NCBI GenBank assembly: GCA_963662485.1
Contig: OY759581.1
Coordinates: 1,488,001-1,552,000, forward strand
Direction of reading: 5' to 3'
Origin: Dehalococcoidia bacterium
GTDB lineage: Bacteria; Chloroflexota; Dehalococcoidia; Lucifugimonadales; Lucifugimonadaceae
Length of the DNA: 64,000 bases
Shown: positions 1 through 8,886 of the stretch, piece after piece
Layout of the letters: every line of letters starts with the position of its first letter
How positions within the stretch are numbered: position 1 is the stretch's first letter
The notes under the pieces: generated by a model
Told to the model about the DNA's origin: nothing
Databases searched by the model: none
What the model saw: only the letters and a program-made list of their open reading frames with translations
Program-made: the position numbers and the translations under genes

Positions 1-549
1 GACGCGCGACATCACGGCAGCGATCGCTTCTGACGGGTTCTCGCCGGCGCGATGAATGTGCGACGGGTCCATGTCGATACCGAACGCGGGCGACTCGATG
101 GCATCCATCACTCGCAATGTCGTTGGTGTGTTGTAGATGCTCGCGCCGACGTGTGCCTTGACGCATATCGTCACGCCATGTGTCTCGCCGATCTTCGCCA
201 TCTCCGACAACGACGCAATCGATGCCGCGAGGCTCTCTTCATCGTCAGTTGTTCCGCCCGGTCCAGTATTCACGACTGGTATGCCCAGTGCGACAGCGGC
301 CCGGCAGGCACGTTCCATGACTTTGGGATCACGTTGCGGTTGCTCCATCGCGAGCAATTCCAAACCGTATTCTTGCGAAAGATCGGAGATTTCAGGCGCT
401 AGCTCTTCCCAGCGGTCAAGAACCAGATGCTCGCTCATGCCGTCGATTGCCGACAGTTCGATGCCGTCGTAACCCGCCATGGCAATGCCGCGGAAAGCGT
501 CCGCCATGCTGTGCCCGCCGAAAAGTACCGAGTTGGCACCTAGTTTCAT
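1..549 (-). CDS. sugar phosphate isomerase/epimerase (xylose-isomerase-like TIM barrel), 3' end outside window
   Basis: The reverse-strand frame is open from the ATG at 549 to base 1 (183 codons). My translation reads MKLGANSVLFGGHSMADAFRGIAMAGYDGIELSAIDGMSEHLVLDRWEEL..., a typical N-terminus for this family. It starts 2 nt after the Gfo/Idh/MocA stop. It is absent from the ORF track because no stop lies in the window. Confidence 0.75.
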   Translation of the reverse strand, partial: MKLGANSVLFGGHSMADAFRGIAMAGYDGIELSAIDGMSEHLVLDRWEELAPEISDLSQEYGLELLAMEQPQRDPKVMERACRAAVALGIPVVNTGPGGTTDDEESLAASIASLSEMAKIGETHGVTICVKAHVGASIYNTPTTLRVMDAIESPAFGIDMDPSHIHRAGENPSEAIAAVMSRV

Positions 550-551
550 CG

Positions 552-1547
552 TCAATTCCCTTCTAGTTCGACTACGGTGCCGCGTTCCCAAGATTCAATC
601 GCGGCTTCGATTATCAGTTGCGCCTTCAAGGCATCTTCACCAGAACCGTCGATTTGGCTCGGTTCTGCTTCCTCAACGTTCTGATCAATCCAACGGGTGA
701 TGCGGCTCTCGAAAGTCTCGCCGAAACTCATCATGCCGCCGAGGTACGAATACTTTTCGACCTGTTGCGACCAACGCGGGTAGAACTCCAGCTCTTCGCA
801 CGCTTCGAGCAGCACGAACCGAGCGTCAGATCCGACTACCTCGAGACGTTCCAACCCGTAACTGCCGCCCGCGTCGTAACTGCCGGTCAGGTGTCCGATG
901 ACGCCGTTTTCGAACTGCATATTCACTTGGACGTTGGACCAGATCTTCCGCCCTTGCCCGCGCTTGAAAAACGCCTGCACTTTTTGCACATCGCCGCAGA
1001 AGTATCGCATCACGTCGATTGAGTGCGGATGCAGAGCGCGCATGTGGAAATACGGCGAAGATTCGTTCGGGTTGTTGATCCACATCGTCATGTTCACGAT
1101 GTTCAACTCGCCCAAACGACCATCATCGACCCACTCTTTGGCACGGAGCGCGGCGGGCGTGAAGCGGTGGTTCAAGTTGATGCCATATCGAAGATTTTTG
1201 GCTTTGGCGAGTCCAACCATTTCTCGCGCCTTGGGTATCTCGTTGGAGATCGGTTTTTCACCGAGCACCGGAATACCAGCGCCTAGAAGTTCCATCGTAG
1301 GTTCGTAGTGATCGCCGCCGTTCTCTACTCCGGCGGTGCAAACACTCGCGATGTCGATATCGGCGTTTGACACCATATCCGCAACCGTAGCGAAAGCCCG
1401 GGCGCTGTATCGCTCTGCGGCAACAACGGCTTTTTCAGGGAACGCGTCGCAAACCGCAACTACGTCGCAACGCTCGTCCGCGTGATAGATGTCGGCGTGT
1501 TTGGTGCCGATACCGCCCAAACCGACTACTGCAACCTTGAGGGTCAC
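552..1547 (-). CDS. Gfo/Idh/MocA family oxidoreductase
   Basis: 331-aa ORF with an N-terminal Rossmann motif (KVAVVGLGGIGTKHADIY) and a GEKPIS (EKP) motif. Confidence 0.9.
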   Translation of the reverse strand: MTLKVAVVGLGGIGTKHADIYHADERCDVVAVCDAFPEKAVVAAERYSARAFATVADMVSNADIDIASVCTAGVENGGDHYEPTMELLGAGIPVLGEKPISNEIPKAREMVGLAKAKNLRYGINLNHRFTPAALRAKEWVDDGRLGELNIVNMTMWINNPNESSPYFHMRALHPHSIDVMRYFCGDVQKVQAFFKRGQGRKIWSNVQVNMQFENGVIGHLTGSYDAGGSYGLERLEVVGSDARFVLLEACEELEFYPRWSQQVEKYSYLGGMMSFGETFESRITRWIDQNVEEAEPSQIDGSGEDALKAQLIIEAAIESWERGTVVELEGN

Positions 1548-1584
1548 TATTCCTTTCCTCCTCCGTTAAGCGCGACCGAAACGA

Positions 1585-2979
1585 CTACCGAGACTTCGCT
1601 TGCAGCCGACGCGCCGTTGACGAATCTCCAATGTGGAGAGTGTCGTATGCCTGTTGAGACGACTCGAACGCGCCGAGGCCATCGTGCCCGTGCCAATCGC
1701 CTTGATGATGGATAGGATTTTCCAATCCCGTTTCGCGTTCGCGTTTCGCAATCCAAGATTCCATGCGCTGGGTTAACGCCGCAACGACATCCGGATGCGA
1801 GTCGGCGACGTCGGAAGTCTCCAACGGGTCCTCGACCAAGTTGTAGAGTTCGACGGGCGGTTTGAAGTGGAAATCGGGTTCGAGAGCGCGGATCAGTTTC
1901 CACTGCGGCGTCCGCCAACCGTGTTTACGCATCCAAGTGCACTCGGTGATGTAAATCTCAGATTCGTGCGAAGCAACCTCGCCGCGCATCATGCCGGTCA
2001 GGCTTTTGCCGTCAAACTCGATGTCCGTCTCGATGTCGGCTAACTCCAGCAACGTCGGCATCAGGTCCTTGTGTTGGTTGTAACCCTTGATCCGCAATCC
2101 GGCCGGCACTTTCGATGGGTAGCGAATGATCAAGGGAACATGCAGGTTCGAATCGTAGAGTCCGTGGTGATCGAACCAGCATTCGTGCTCATACAGAGTT
2201 TCGCCATGATCCGAATTCAATACGATGATCGTGTCGTCGAGCAATCCTCGCGTCTCTAGGTGGGTGAAGATCGTCTGGATCGCCGCGTCCATGTAGGCGA
2301 TTGCGCCGTCGTACTGCGCGATCACGTAATCCTTGTCGGTGATTCCGGGCGGCATCCAACTCGCCAAAAAATCGCGGAACGGCTTGAATGACAACACCGG
2401 CTCCATCGACTTATTCGACGGATCGAGCTCATCGCCGTGGTAAAACATCCTTTCGAACGGCTCCGGCGGCAGATACGGCGCGTGCGGGTCCATGTGCCGA
2501 AGCAACACGAAAAACGGCTCATCGGCATCGCAGAGACGATCAAGTTCGGGCAGAAACACGCGGTTCAGGTCTTGTGCCTTATCGCTACGCCCTTCTTCCC
2601 ATGATCCCCACGCGCGGTAATCGAGATACTTGTCGAACCCGCGCGAACTGGGATTGCCGGACAATCCTACGCACGCGGTGTTGTAACCCTCCCTTTTCAG
2701 CAGCTCCGAAAGCATCGTCACTTCTGAACGCACCGGGCCCTTATGCCGCAACGCTACCACCTGCGACGTAAAGACATCCATGCCGCTCATCATCGACGTG
2801 TAGCCGCTTGTAGTCGGAATGTGCGCGCTGAACGTGTTCTCAAACAGAGTGCCTTGCGACGCGAACCGGTCGATATGCGGCGAGGTCAGGCGCGGGTAGC
2901 CGTAGCAGCTCAGATTCGGCGCACGAAGTGAATCGACGCCGATAATCAGGATGTTCGGACGTTTCGTTTCAGTAGCCAT
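1585..2979 (-). CDS. sulfatase-family (alkaline-phosphatase superfamily) protein lacking the C/S-x-P-x-R formylglycine motif
   Basis: 464-aa ORF with a sulfatase-like layout: PNILIIGVDSLR at the start and LNSDHGETL later. The nucleophile region reads SAHIPTTSGYTSMMSG instead of C-x-P-x-R. Confidence 0.85.
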   Translation of the reverse strand: MATETKRPNILIIGVDSLRAPNLSCYGYPRLTSPHIDRFASQGTLFENTFSAHIPTTSGYTSMMSGMDVFTSQVVALRHKGPVRSEVTMLSELLKREGYNTACVGLSGNPSSRGFDKYLDYRAWGSWEEGRSDKAQDLNRVFLPELDRLCDADEPFFVLLRHMDPHAPYLPPEPFERMFYHGDELDPSNKSMEPVLSFKPFRDFLASWMPPGITDKDYVIAQYDGAIAYMDAAIQTIFTHLETRGLLDDTIIVLNSDHGETLYEHECWFDHHGLYDSNLHVPLIIRYPSKVPAGLRIKGYNQHKDLMPTLLELADIETDIEFDGKSLTGMMRGEVASHESEIYITECTWMRKHGWRTPQWKLIRALEPDFHFKPPVELYNLVEDPLETSDVADSHPDVVAALTQRMESWIAKRERETGLENPIHHQGDWHGHDGLGAFESSQQAYDTLHIGDSSTARRLQAKSR

Positions 2980-3028
2980 TTGGCGCGTTCACTCCTAAAC
3001 ACCTTTCCTGCGTAACCTGAGGTGGACG

Positions 3029-4108
3029 TTAGATCAACACTTCCGCGCCGAGCCGTCTTGCGATGCCGACTATCTCGTCGTAACGCGGTTGGAGGATGGG
3101 GACGCCGTTCTCGGTGCGGTCTTTCATCGCCTCTTCCTCAGGATCGCCGGCGACCATTACGCGATCGGCGCCCGGTTCAGTCGGTGATTCGTGAAGCGCA
3201 CGGATCATTTCGTCCATCATCTGCTTGAACTCATCCACAGGACGGAACGCGGCGATGTCGATAGCCATTGTGAACGACATGTTCTTGCCGCCGCCGATGA
3301 ATGAGCTGTAACCGCCGCCTGACAGCACGCCGCAGAGAATGTCGACCATCATCGCCAAGCCGTAGCCCTTGTGAGCGCCTTGCTCGCGGTCATTGCCGAG
3401 CGGATTCTGCGCCCAATGCTCGCCTCGATCACCCGGCGGTTCGGTAATCGGCTCGCCCTCTGCACCAACTGCCCATCCCTCCGGTATCGGCACGCCGAGT
3501 TGCCGCGCTAGACCGATCTTGCCGCTCGCGACGGTCGAAGTCGCCATGTCCAAGACAAAATCGGTTTCGTCACCTGCCGGCGCGGCGAACGCGATCGGGT
3601 TTGTGCCAAGCATGGCGCGCCGTCCAAGCGCGGGTCTGACCGCCGGCCCTGCGTTGGTCATTGCAATGCCGATCATGTCGCGGTCCAACGCGAGCATTGC
3701 GTAATATGCCACCATTCCGATGTGATGACCGTCTCGGATCGTAGACATTCCGACGCCGTGATTTGCCGCCTTTTCCATCGCCATCTCCATGCCGATGTGC
3801 GCCGCCGGGTGTCCAAGACCCCAACCGCAACTCAATAGCGCCGTCGTGTCCGATTCCGAAATGACTTCGATTTCTTGCGGCGATTTGAAAGTGCCTTCGA
3901 GTATCGACTCGGTGTACCTCACCACATTCGTCGCGCCGTGTGTATCGACACCGCGCAGACTCGCGAGTGTCAGCGCGTCGGCGGTGATATTGGCGTACCG
4001 TTCAGGTGTCCCCGCGGCGATGAAGATCGATGCCACCTGCTCACGCAGTCGCTCGGCGGGAACGCGCACCGCGTTGTCATCGGGAATCTTGAGAAATTCG
4101 AGTGCCAT
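3029..4108 (-). CDS. Ldh2 family (malate/L-lactate/ureidoglycolate dehydrogenase family 2) oxidoreductase
   Basis: 359-aa ORF containing LRGVDTHG, HHIGMVAYY and NPIAFAAP blocks typical of the Ldh_2 family. Confidence 0.85.
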   Translation of the reverse strand: MALEFLKIPDDNAVRVPAERLREQVASIFIAAGTPERYANITADALTLASLRGVDTHGATNVVRYTESILEGTFKSPQEIEVISESDTTALLSCGWGLGHPAAHIGMEMAMEKAANHGVGMSTIRDGHHIGMVAYYAMLALDRDMIGIAMTNAGPAVRPALGRRAMLGTNPIAFAAPAGDETDFVLDMATSTVASGKIGLARQLGVPIPEGWAVGAEGEPITEPPGDRGEHWAQNPLGNDREQGAHKGYGLAMMVDILCGVLSGGGYSSFIGGGKNMSFTMAIDIAAFRPVDEFKQMMDEMIRALHESPTEPGADRVMVAGDPEEEAMKDRTENGVPILQPRYDEIVGIARRLGAEVLI

Positions 4109-4135
4109 TTGGTTTCTCCTAACCGAGCGTTCCTG

Positions 4136-5089
4136 TTACTTGAGCGCTGTTCCAATGCCGTTTTCACGTGCCAGTTGAACGATTCGATCACACGCGGCAA
4201 TGTCTTCGAGTGCCAGTCCTTGTGACTCGAACAACGTTATCTGGTCGTCGTTGTCACGACCGCTGAGTCGTCCGCCGACGATGTCGTGGATGGGAACTGC
4301 CAAATCCCATGAGAATCGTCCAGTCTCCGCCGCGCGCATCAGCTCTCCGCACTCGATCTTGGCTTGTTCAACGTCGTCAACCGCTACGATGTCGCACGCT
4401 GATACCGCGCGCGTATCGAGTTCGCGCTTCAACCAAGAGTTGTTGCCCGCGGCGTTGATGTGCATGCCCGGTTTCAACCACTCACCGAGCAATACAGGTT
4501 CTTGCGAGTTCGTAATCGTGGCTACGATGTCGGCATCCGCGGCCTCTTCACCGCTCGACACGGGTTTAACATCGATTCCCAATTGGTCGGACATTCGCTC
4601 CGCGTAGCGATTACGGTTCTCTTCGGATCGACTGTAGACTTTCGCGCTCCTAATGTCGCGGACGTTCGCGATCGCCATCAGCTGAGTCTCGGCTTGGTAG
4701 CCAGAACCGATCACACCTACCGTCTCGGCATGTTCACGCGCCATGTATTTCGTCGCCACGCCCGATGCGGCACCGGTCCGGATCTGCCCCATGCGGTTGG
4801 CTTCGATTACCGCCATCAGCGAATTCGTCGAGGTGTCGTAGAGCAAGACATGAAAGTTGATACCGCCTCTACCGCCGGGGTACGACTTCAAACCCGCCAG
4901 CTGACGACCGGGCCACGTCGCGAACATCACGTTGTAGGCACCTGAGCTAGTCGGCAATCGGCGGCGAGACTCGTTGTGGGCATCGCCATTTGCCCTTGCG
5001 ACGAACGCATCTTCGAGCGCGGCGATGGCAACATCCATCGTCAAGAGCGATTCGACTTCAGATTCGGTGATGAACAAGGGCGTCGTCAT
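4136..5089 (-). CDS. ornithine cyclodeaminase / mu-crystallin family protein
   Basis: The ORF track frame is 4136-5203. I chose the internal ATG at 5089 (MTTPLFITESEVESLL...) because the longer form overlaps thiD and adds an Arg-rich, non-homologous head. It has a VIGSGYQA Rossmann motif. Confidence 0.85.
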   Translation of the reverse strand: MTTPLFITESEVESLLTMDVAIAALEDAFVARANGDAHNESRRRLPTSSGAYNVMFATWPGRQLAGLKSYPGGRGGINFHVLLYDTSTNSLMAVIEANRMGQIRTGAASGVATKYMAREHAETVGVIGSGYQAETQLMAIANVRDIRSAKVYSRSEENRNRYAERMSDQLGIDVKPVSSGEEAADADIVATITNSQEPVLLGEWLKPGMHINAAGNNSWLKRELDTRAVSACDIVAVDDVEQAKIECGELMRAAETGRFSWDLAVPIHDIVGGRLSGRDNDDQITLFESQGLALEDIAACDRIVQLARENGIGTALK

Positions 5090-5100
5090 TTGCACTCCCG

Positions 5101-5940
5101 TCAGTTTGCGTCTTCCGACATTGGATTGTATGCGAGGGCGTATTGGTGATTGAGCGGACCGTTGCCGCCTCCGATCGGCGCCGCGTTCGCCATCGCGTTC
5201 CAAACAAACCTTTGCGACTTATCGACTGCGGTCACCAAATCGAGACCGTGTGCGAGATGTGCGGCGATCGCCGACGCGAAGGTGCAACCCGTTCCGTGAT
5301 TGCTCGTCGTATCGATTCGCAAAGAGGTGAAGTGTTTGACGCCATCGCGAGTAACCAAAACATCGGTCAACCGTCCGCTGCCGTCGTCGAAATGTCCACC
5401 CTTGACCACCGCGGCGTCTGCACCCTTCGTCACTAGCTCACCACCTGCCAACTCCATGTCGTCCACTGAGGCGATCTCGACACCAGTCAATACTTCTGCC
5501 TCGGGGATATTCGGAGTGACTACCGTCGCGATCGGCACCATTCGGTTTTTCACGCTCTCGACCGCTTCGTCACGCAAGAGTTGCGCGCCGGTAGCCGCAA
5601 GCATGACCGGGTCAACTACCAAAGGCGCAAGTTCCAACCGTTCCGCGGCATCTGCGACGCATTCCACAATCTCTGTAGATGACAGCATTCCGGTCTTCGC
5701 CGCGCTCACGCCGATGTCCGACACCACCGCCTCGATTTGGTCGTTAATAACCTCGACCGGTACCTCCGCTACCGCTGTCACGCCCAAAGTGTTCTGCGCG
5801 GTGATTGCGGTGATTGCGCTCGTTCCATAGACTCCGAGCGCGGCGAACGTCTTGAGGTCTGCCTGAATACCCGCGCCGCCTCCAGAATCGGAGCCGGCGA
5901 TAGTAAGCGCACGCGGTGGGGTTGCCGAGTTCATTTCCAT
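5101..5940 (-). CDS. thiD: hydroxymethylpyrimidine/phosphomethylpyrimidine kinase
   Basis: 279-aa ORF with ALTIAGSDSGGGAGIQADLKTF, AITAQNT and HGTGCTF motifs characteristic of ThiD. Confidence 0.9.
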   Translation of the reverse strand: MEMNSATPPRALTIAGSDSGGGAGIQADLKTFAALGVYGTSAITAITAQNTLGVTAVAEVPVEVINDQIEAVVSDIGVSAAKTGMLSSTEIVECVADAAERLELAPLVVDPVMLAATGAQLLRDEAVESVKNRMVPIATVVTPNIPEAEVLTGVEIASVDDMELAGGELVTKGADAAVVKGGHFDDGSGRLTDVLVTRDGVKHFTSLRIDTTSNHGTGCTFASAIAAHLAHGLDLVTAVDKSQRFVWNAMANAAPIGGGNGPLNHQYALAYNPMSEDAN

Positions 5941-5958
5941 ATAGAATACGCAAGCGAG

Positions 5959-6699
5959 ATGGCAGTTGCACGAAATAACGACTTATCGGGCGTCAAAGCT
6001 CTGATATTCGATGTCTTTGGCACCGTCGTCAATTGGCGCGATTCGATCATCGCTGAAGTTGCAGACGCGGCGGCTGAGCACGGCGTAACCGATGGCGATT
6101 GGGGACAATTCGCTGATGAGTGGCGCGCTTGGTACGGCAAGTCCACCCGTGAGCTCAGTAGCGGAGACGGTCCGTGGCGACTAGTGGACGAAATCCACCG
6201 CGAGAAGCTTGATGTCCTGCTTGAAGAGTACGGACTCGCCAAAGTAATGTCCGAAGAGGCGAAGCAGCATCTAAATTGCGCTTGGCATCGTCTCGACGGT
6301 TGGCCCGACTCCCCGTCAGGACTGCGACGTCTGAAGTCGAAGTTCATCATCGCCACCGCGTCTAACGGCAATCTCGCATTGCTGGTCAACATGGCAAAGC
6401 ACGCCGATTTGCCTTGGGACGCCGTGATGTCGCCCGATGTTTATGGCGCGTACAAACCGTCGCCAAAGGTTTACCAGAACGCGTCGAAGCTACTCGGACT
6501 CAACACGAACCAAGTGATGATGGTTGCCGCGCACACCGGCGACCTCGAAGCGTCGGCGCGTGAAGGACTCGCGACTGCGTTCGTGCATCGTCCGCTCGAA
6601 CACGGCGCCGATCGACCGTTCGCTCTGCCCGACACTTCCGAGTTCGACATCACGGCGACCGATTTCAACGACTTGGCGGACCAGCTCGGATGCGATTGA
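5959..6699 (+). CDS. haloacid dehalogenase type II / HAD-superfamily hydrolase
   Basis: Internal ATG at 5959 (MAVARNNDLSGVKALIFDVFGTVVNW) with the HAD motif I Asp in FDVFGT. The 5' part of the tracked ORF is antisense to thiD. Confidence 0.8.
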   Translation: MAVARNNDLSGVKALIFDVFGTVVNWRDSIIAEVADAAAEHGVTDGDWGQFADEWRAWYGKSTRELSSGDGPWRLVDEIHREKLDVLLEEYGLAKVMSEEAKQHLNCAWHRLDGWPDSPSGLRRLKSKFIIATASNGNLALLVNMAKHADLPWDAVMSPDVYGAYKPSPKVYQNASKLLGLNTNQVMMVAAHTGDLEASAREGLATAFVHRPLEHGADRPFALPDTSEFDITATDFNDLADQLGCD

Positions 6700-6759
6700 T
6701 CGCTTCGTTGCGCCGTCGAAACTCCTAAAGCAATCACCACAACTAAAGGAAACCAAACC

Positions 6760-7629
6760 ATGCCTTGGACATTTGAAGACGCCGCGCCGATGATCGGCAC
6801 GATCACGGAGGGGAACTGCTGGACCGGCTCCCACATGCTCTACAGCAACATTGCCCTGAATCGGATCATGCGACTCGACGTTAAATCCGGTTTGGTCGAT
6901 GTCTTTGCCGAGAACACCGAAGGCACGAACGGCCTCAACTACGATGCGGACGGCAACCTCTACGGTTGCGCGAGCACGGGACGGAAAGTCGTCAAATTCA
7001 ACGATGATGGCAGTTTCGTTACGGAGGTGGACAACATCGGCGGCTTGAAGTTCAACGGACCCAACGACCTCGCCATCACCCCATCAGGCGCGATCTACTT
7101 CTCCGACCGCGTCGGTGATTCGAGCCCGGACGTCGGGATCACCTACTCAGCGATAATCTCTGCGGAAAAGGACGAAGACGGCAACTGGATCTGCACTCGC
7201 CGCACGTTCGACACGACGCAACCCAACGGATTGATCTTCTCCAGCGACTACAAGACGCTCTACGTGGCGCAAAGCGATTTCCGCGCCAGCGAGAGCCGCG
7301 ATCTGCGCGCTTATCCGGTCAACGACGACGGATCGTTGGGCGAGGTCAAAATCCTGCACGATTTCGGCCCGCATCGCGGCATCGACGGCATGACTTTGGC
7401 TTCCGACGGCAGCATCGTCGCTTGCACCGGTTGGGAAATTTCCGGGCCTGGCGGCAATGTAACGCATTTCGACCCAGACGGCATGATTATTGAGCAGCAT
7501 CCGGTAGTAGCCCAACGCCCGACCAACTGCACATTCGCTGGCGAAGACCTCTACGTCTCGTCAATCGAAGGACATTGCCTAGTCGCAAGAGACACCGGAC
7601 TAACCGGCCATCTCCTCTACCCGCAATGA
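6760..7629 (+). CDS. SMP-30/gluconolactonase/LRE family protein
   Basis: 289-aa ORF with NGL...DG.LY, PNDLAI...G.IYFSD, PNGL and IDGM repeats of the six-bladed propeller lactonase family. Confidence 0.85.
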   Translation: MPWTFEDAAPMIGTITEGNCWTGSHMLYSNIALNRIMRLDVKSGLVDVFAENTEGTNGLNYDADGNLYGCASTGRKVVKFNDDGSFVTEVDNIGGLKFNGPNDLAITPSGAIYFSDRVGDSSPDVGITYSAIISAEKDEDGNWICTRRTFDTTQPNGLIFSSDYKTLYVAQSDFRASESRDLRAYPVNDDGSLGEVKILHDFGPHRGIDGMTLASDGSIVACTGWEISGPGGNVTHFDPDGMIIEQHPVVAQRPTNCTFAGEDLYVSSIEGHCLVARDTGLTGHLLYPQ

Positions 7630-7663
7630 TGAATCACGCGCGATGACAGAGACCATCGCAAAA

Positions 7664-7812
7664 CCATCGTCATTCCAAAGCCATCGTCAATCTAAAGCCA
7701 TCGTCATTCCAAAGCCATCGTCATTCCAAAGCCATCGTCATTCCAAAGCCATCGTCATTCCAAAGCCATCGTCATTCCAAAGCCATCGTCATTCCAAAGC
7801 CATCGTCATTCC
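7664..7812. repeat. tandem array, 17-bp unit CCATCGTCATTCCAAAG, about 8.8 copies
   Basis: Head-to-tail units begin at 7664, 7681 (variant), 7698, 7715, 7732, 7749, 7766, 7783 and 7800. The last unit runs into a hairpin element. Confidence 0.95.
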
Positions 7813-7931
7813 GGCGGAAGCTGGAATCCACATCGAAAAACACTGGTCGATTTCTCTTCCCCCTAGGTGGATACAAAGGAATGATCGGCGTACCTTACGC
7901 TCTATGGATTCCGGCTTCCGCCGGAATGACG
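7804..7931. repeat. pair of inverted GTCATTCC-hairpin elements (27-nt arms, 26/27 complementary) flanking 74 bp; MITE/REP-like
   Basis: The arm at 7804-7830 is CGTCATTCCGGCGGAAGCTGGAATCCA. The arm at 7905-7931 is TGGATTCCGGCTTCCGCCGGAATGACG. Each arm is also self-complementary (ATTCCGG..CCGGAAT). Confidence 0.8.
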
Positions 7932-7979
7932 TTGGGTTCGCAATCGTGACGACAACAAGAAAGAAAAGACAGGTAGCAA

Positions 7980-8876
7980 ATGACCGATTCATGGGAATGG
8001 GAACTGATCGCCAAACACGACTCTTTGACGGAAGGGCCGACGTGGGACGGTAGCGGATTGCTCTACAACCAGTGCTACGCCGCGACGACGTACCGATGGG
8101 ACCCCAAAACCGGCAACAGCGAGGTGTGGCGCACCGACACCGGTCAGGCGAACGGGATGAAGTTCGACCGTTCCGGCAGGCTGTTCGCGTGTGAAGGTGG
8201 TGCGAACCGCGTTGTCGAAATCGACGCTGGTAACCCGAACGGCGCGCCGACGATCATCGCCGACGCTCTGGACGGTGCCAAGATCAACATGCCGAATGAC
8301 CTCGATATCGACGGTCAAGGTCGCATTTACTTCTCCGATCCCAACTACTCTGACAATCCCAACAACCTGCCGCACGAATCGGTCTATCTCGCCGAGCATA
8401 TCTTCGGCGGAAACTGGACGGTCAAGCGCGTGACTTTCGACACCAATCGACCGAACGGTGTTCTACTCTCCGCCGACCAATCGGTGCTATACGTCGCAGA
8501 AAGTCCCGTAAACCCAGCATTGAGTCGCCAACTGCGCGCTTATCTCGTGAATGCGGATGGCACACTGGGCGAGAAGACGGTGCTGTTCGATTTCGGCCCG
8601 GGGCGCGGCATCGACGGCATGGCATTGACTACCGACGGTCAGATCGTAGCCACCGCCGGCTCCAGCGCAGCCGGTGCCGGTTCCGCAATCTACGTATTCG
8701 AACCCGACGGTCTAGTCCGCGCCACACATCGCACCCCTGCCGACAGCCCAACAAACTGCACCTTTGGCGGCCCCGCCCTCAACATCCTCTACGTAACCTT
8801 CGCCACCGGTCACGTCTACCAAGTCAAAAACCCCAACATGACCGGCCACCTAGCCTACCCGCGCAGGGCGTTTTGA
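7980..8876 (+). CDS. SMP-30/gluconolactonase/LRE family protein (paralogue of 6760-7629)
   Basis: 298-aa ORF with the same propeller motifs as its paralogue: PNDLDID..GRIYFSD, RPNGV, GIDGMAL and PTNCTFGG. Confidence 0.85.
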   Translation: MTDSWEWELIAKHDSLTEGPTWDGSGLLYNQCYAATTYRWDPKTGNSEVWRTDTGQANGMKFDRSGRLFACEGGANRVVEIDAGNPNGAPTIIADALDGAKINMPNDLDIDGQGRIYFSDPNYSDNPNNLPHESVYLAEHIFGGNWTVKRVTFDTNRPNGVLLSADQSVLYVAESPVNPALSRQLRAYLVNADGTLGEKTVLFDFGPGRGIDGMALTTDGQIVATAGSSAAGAGSAIYVFEPDGLVRATHRTPADSPTNCTFGGPALNILYVTFATGHVYQVKNPNMTGHLAYPRRAF

Positions 8877-8886
8877 GCGAGATTCG

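Noticed and set aside
7664-7812. Possibility that the four short-unit arrays (also 28665-28737, 55611-55755 and 60988-61181) are CRISPR arrays.
   Set aside because: The units are contiguous, 17-29 bp long and nearly identical, with no unique spacers between them. There are no cas genes in the window, and the repeat core is a simple hairpin arm.
7643-8053. 136-aa ORF encoding repeated KPSSFQSHRHSKAIVIP peptides.
   Set aside because: It is the translation of the 17-bp tandem array. The unit length is not a multiple of 3, so the frame cycles every 51 bp. The rest of the ORF runs through the hairpin elements and then reads out of frame across the first 74 nt of the SMP-30 gene at 7980-8876. It is not credible as a gene.
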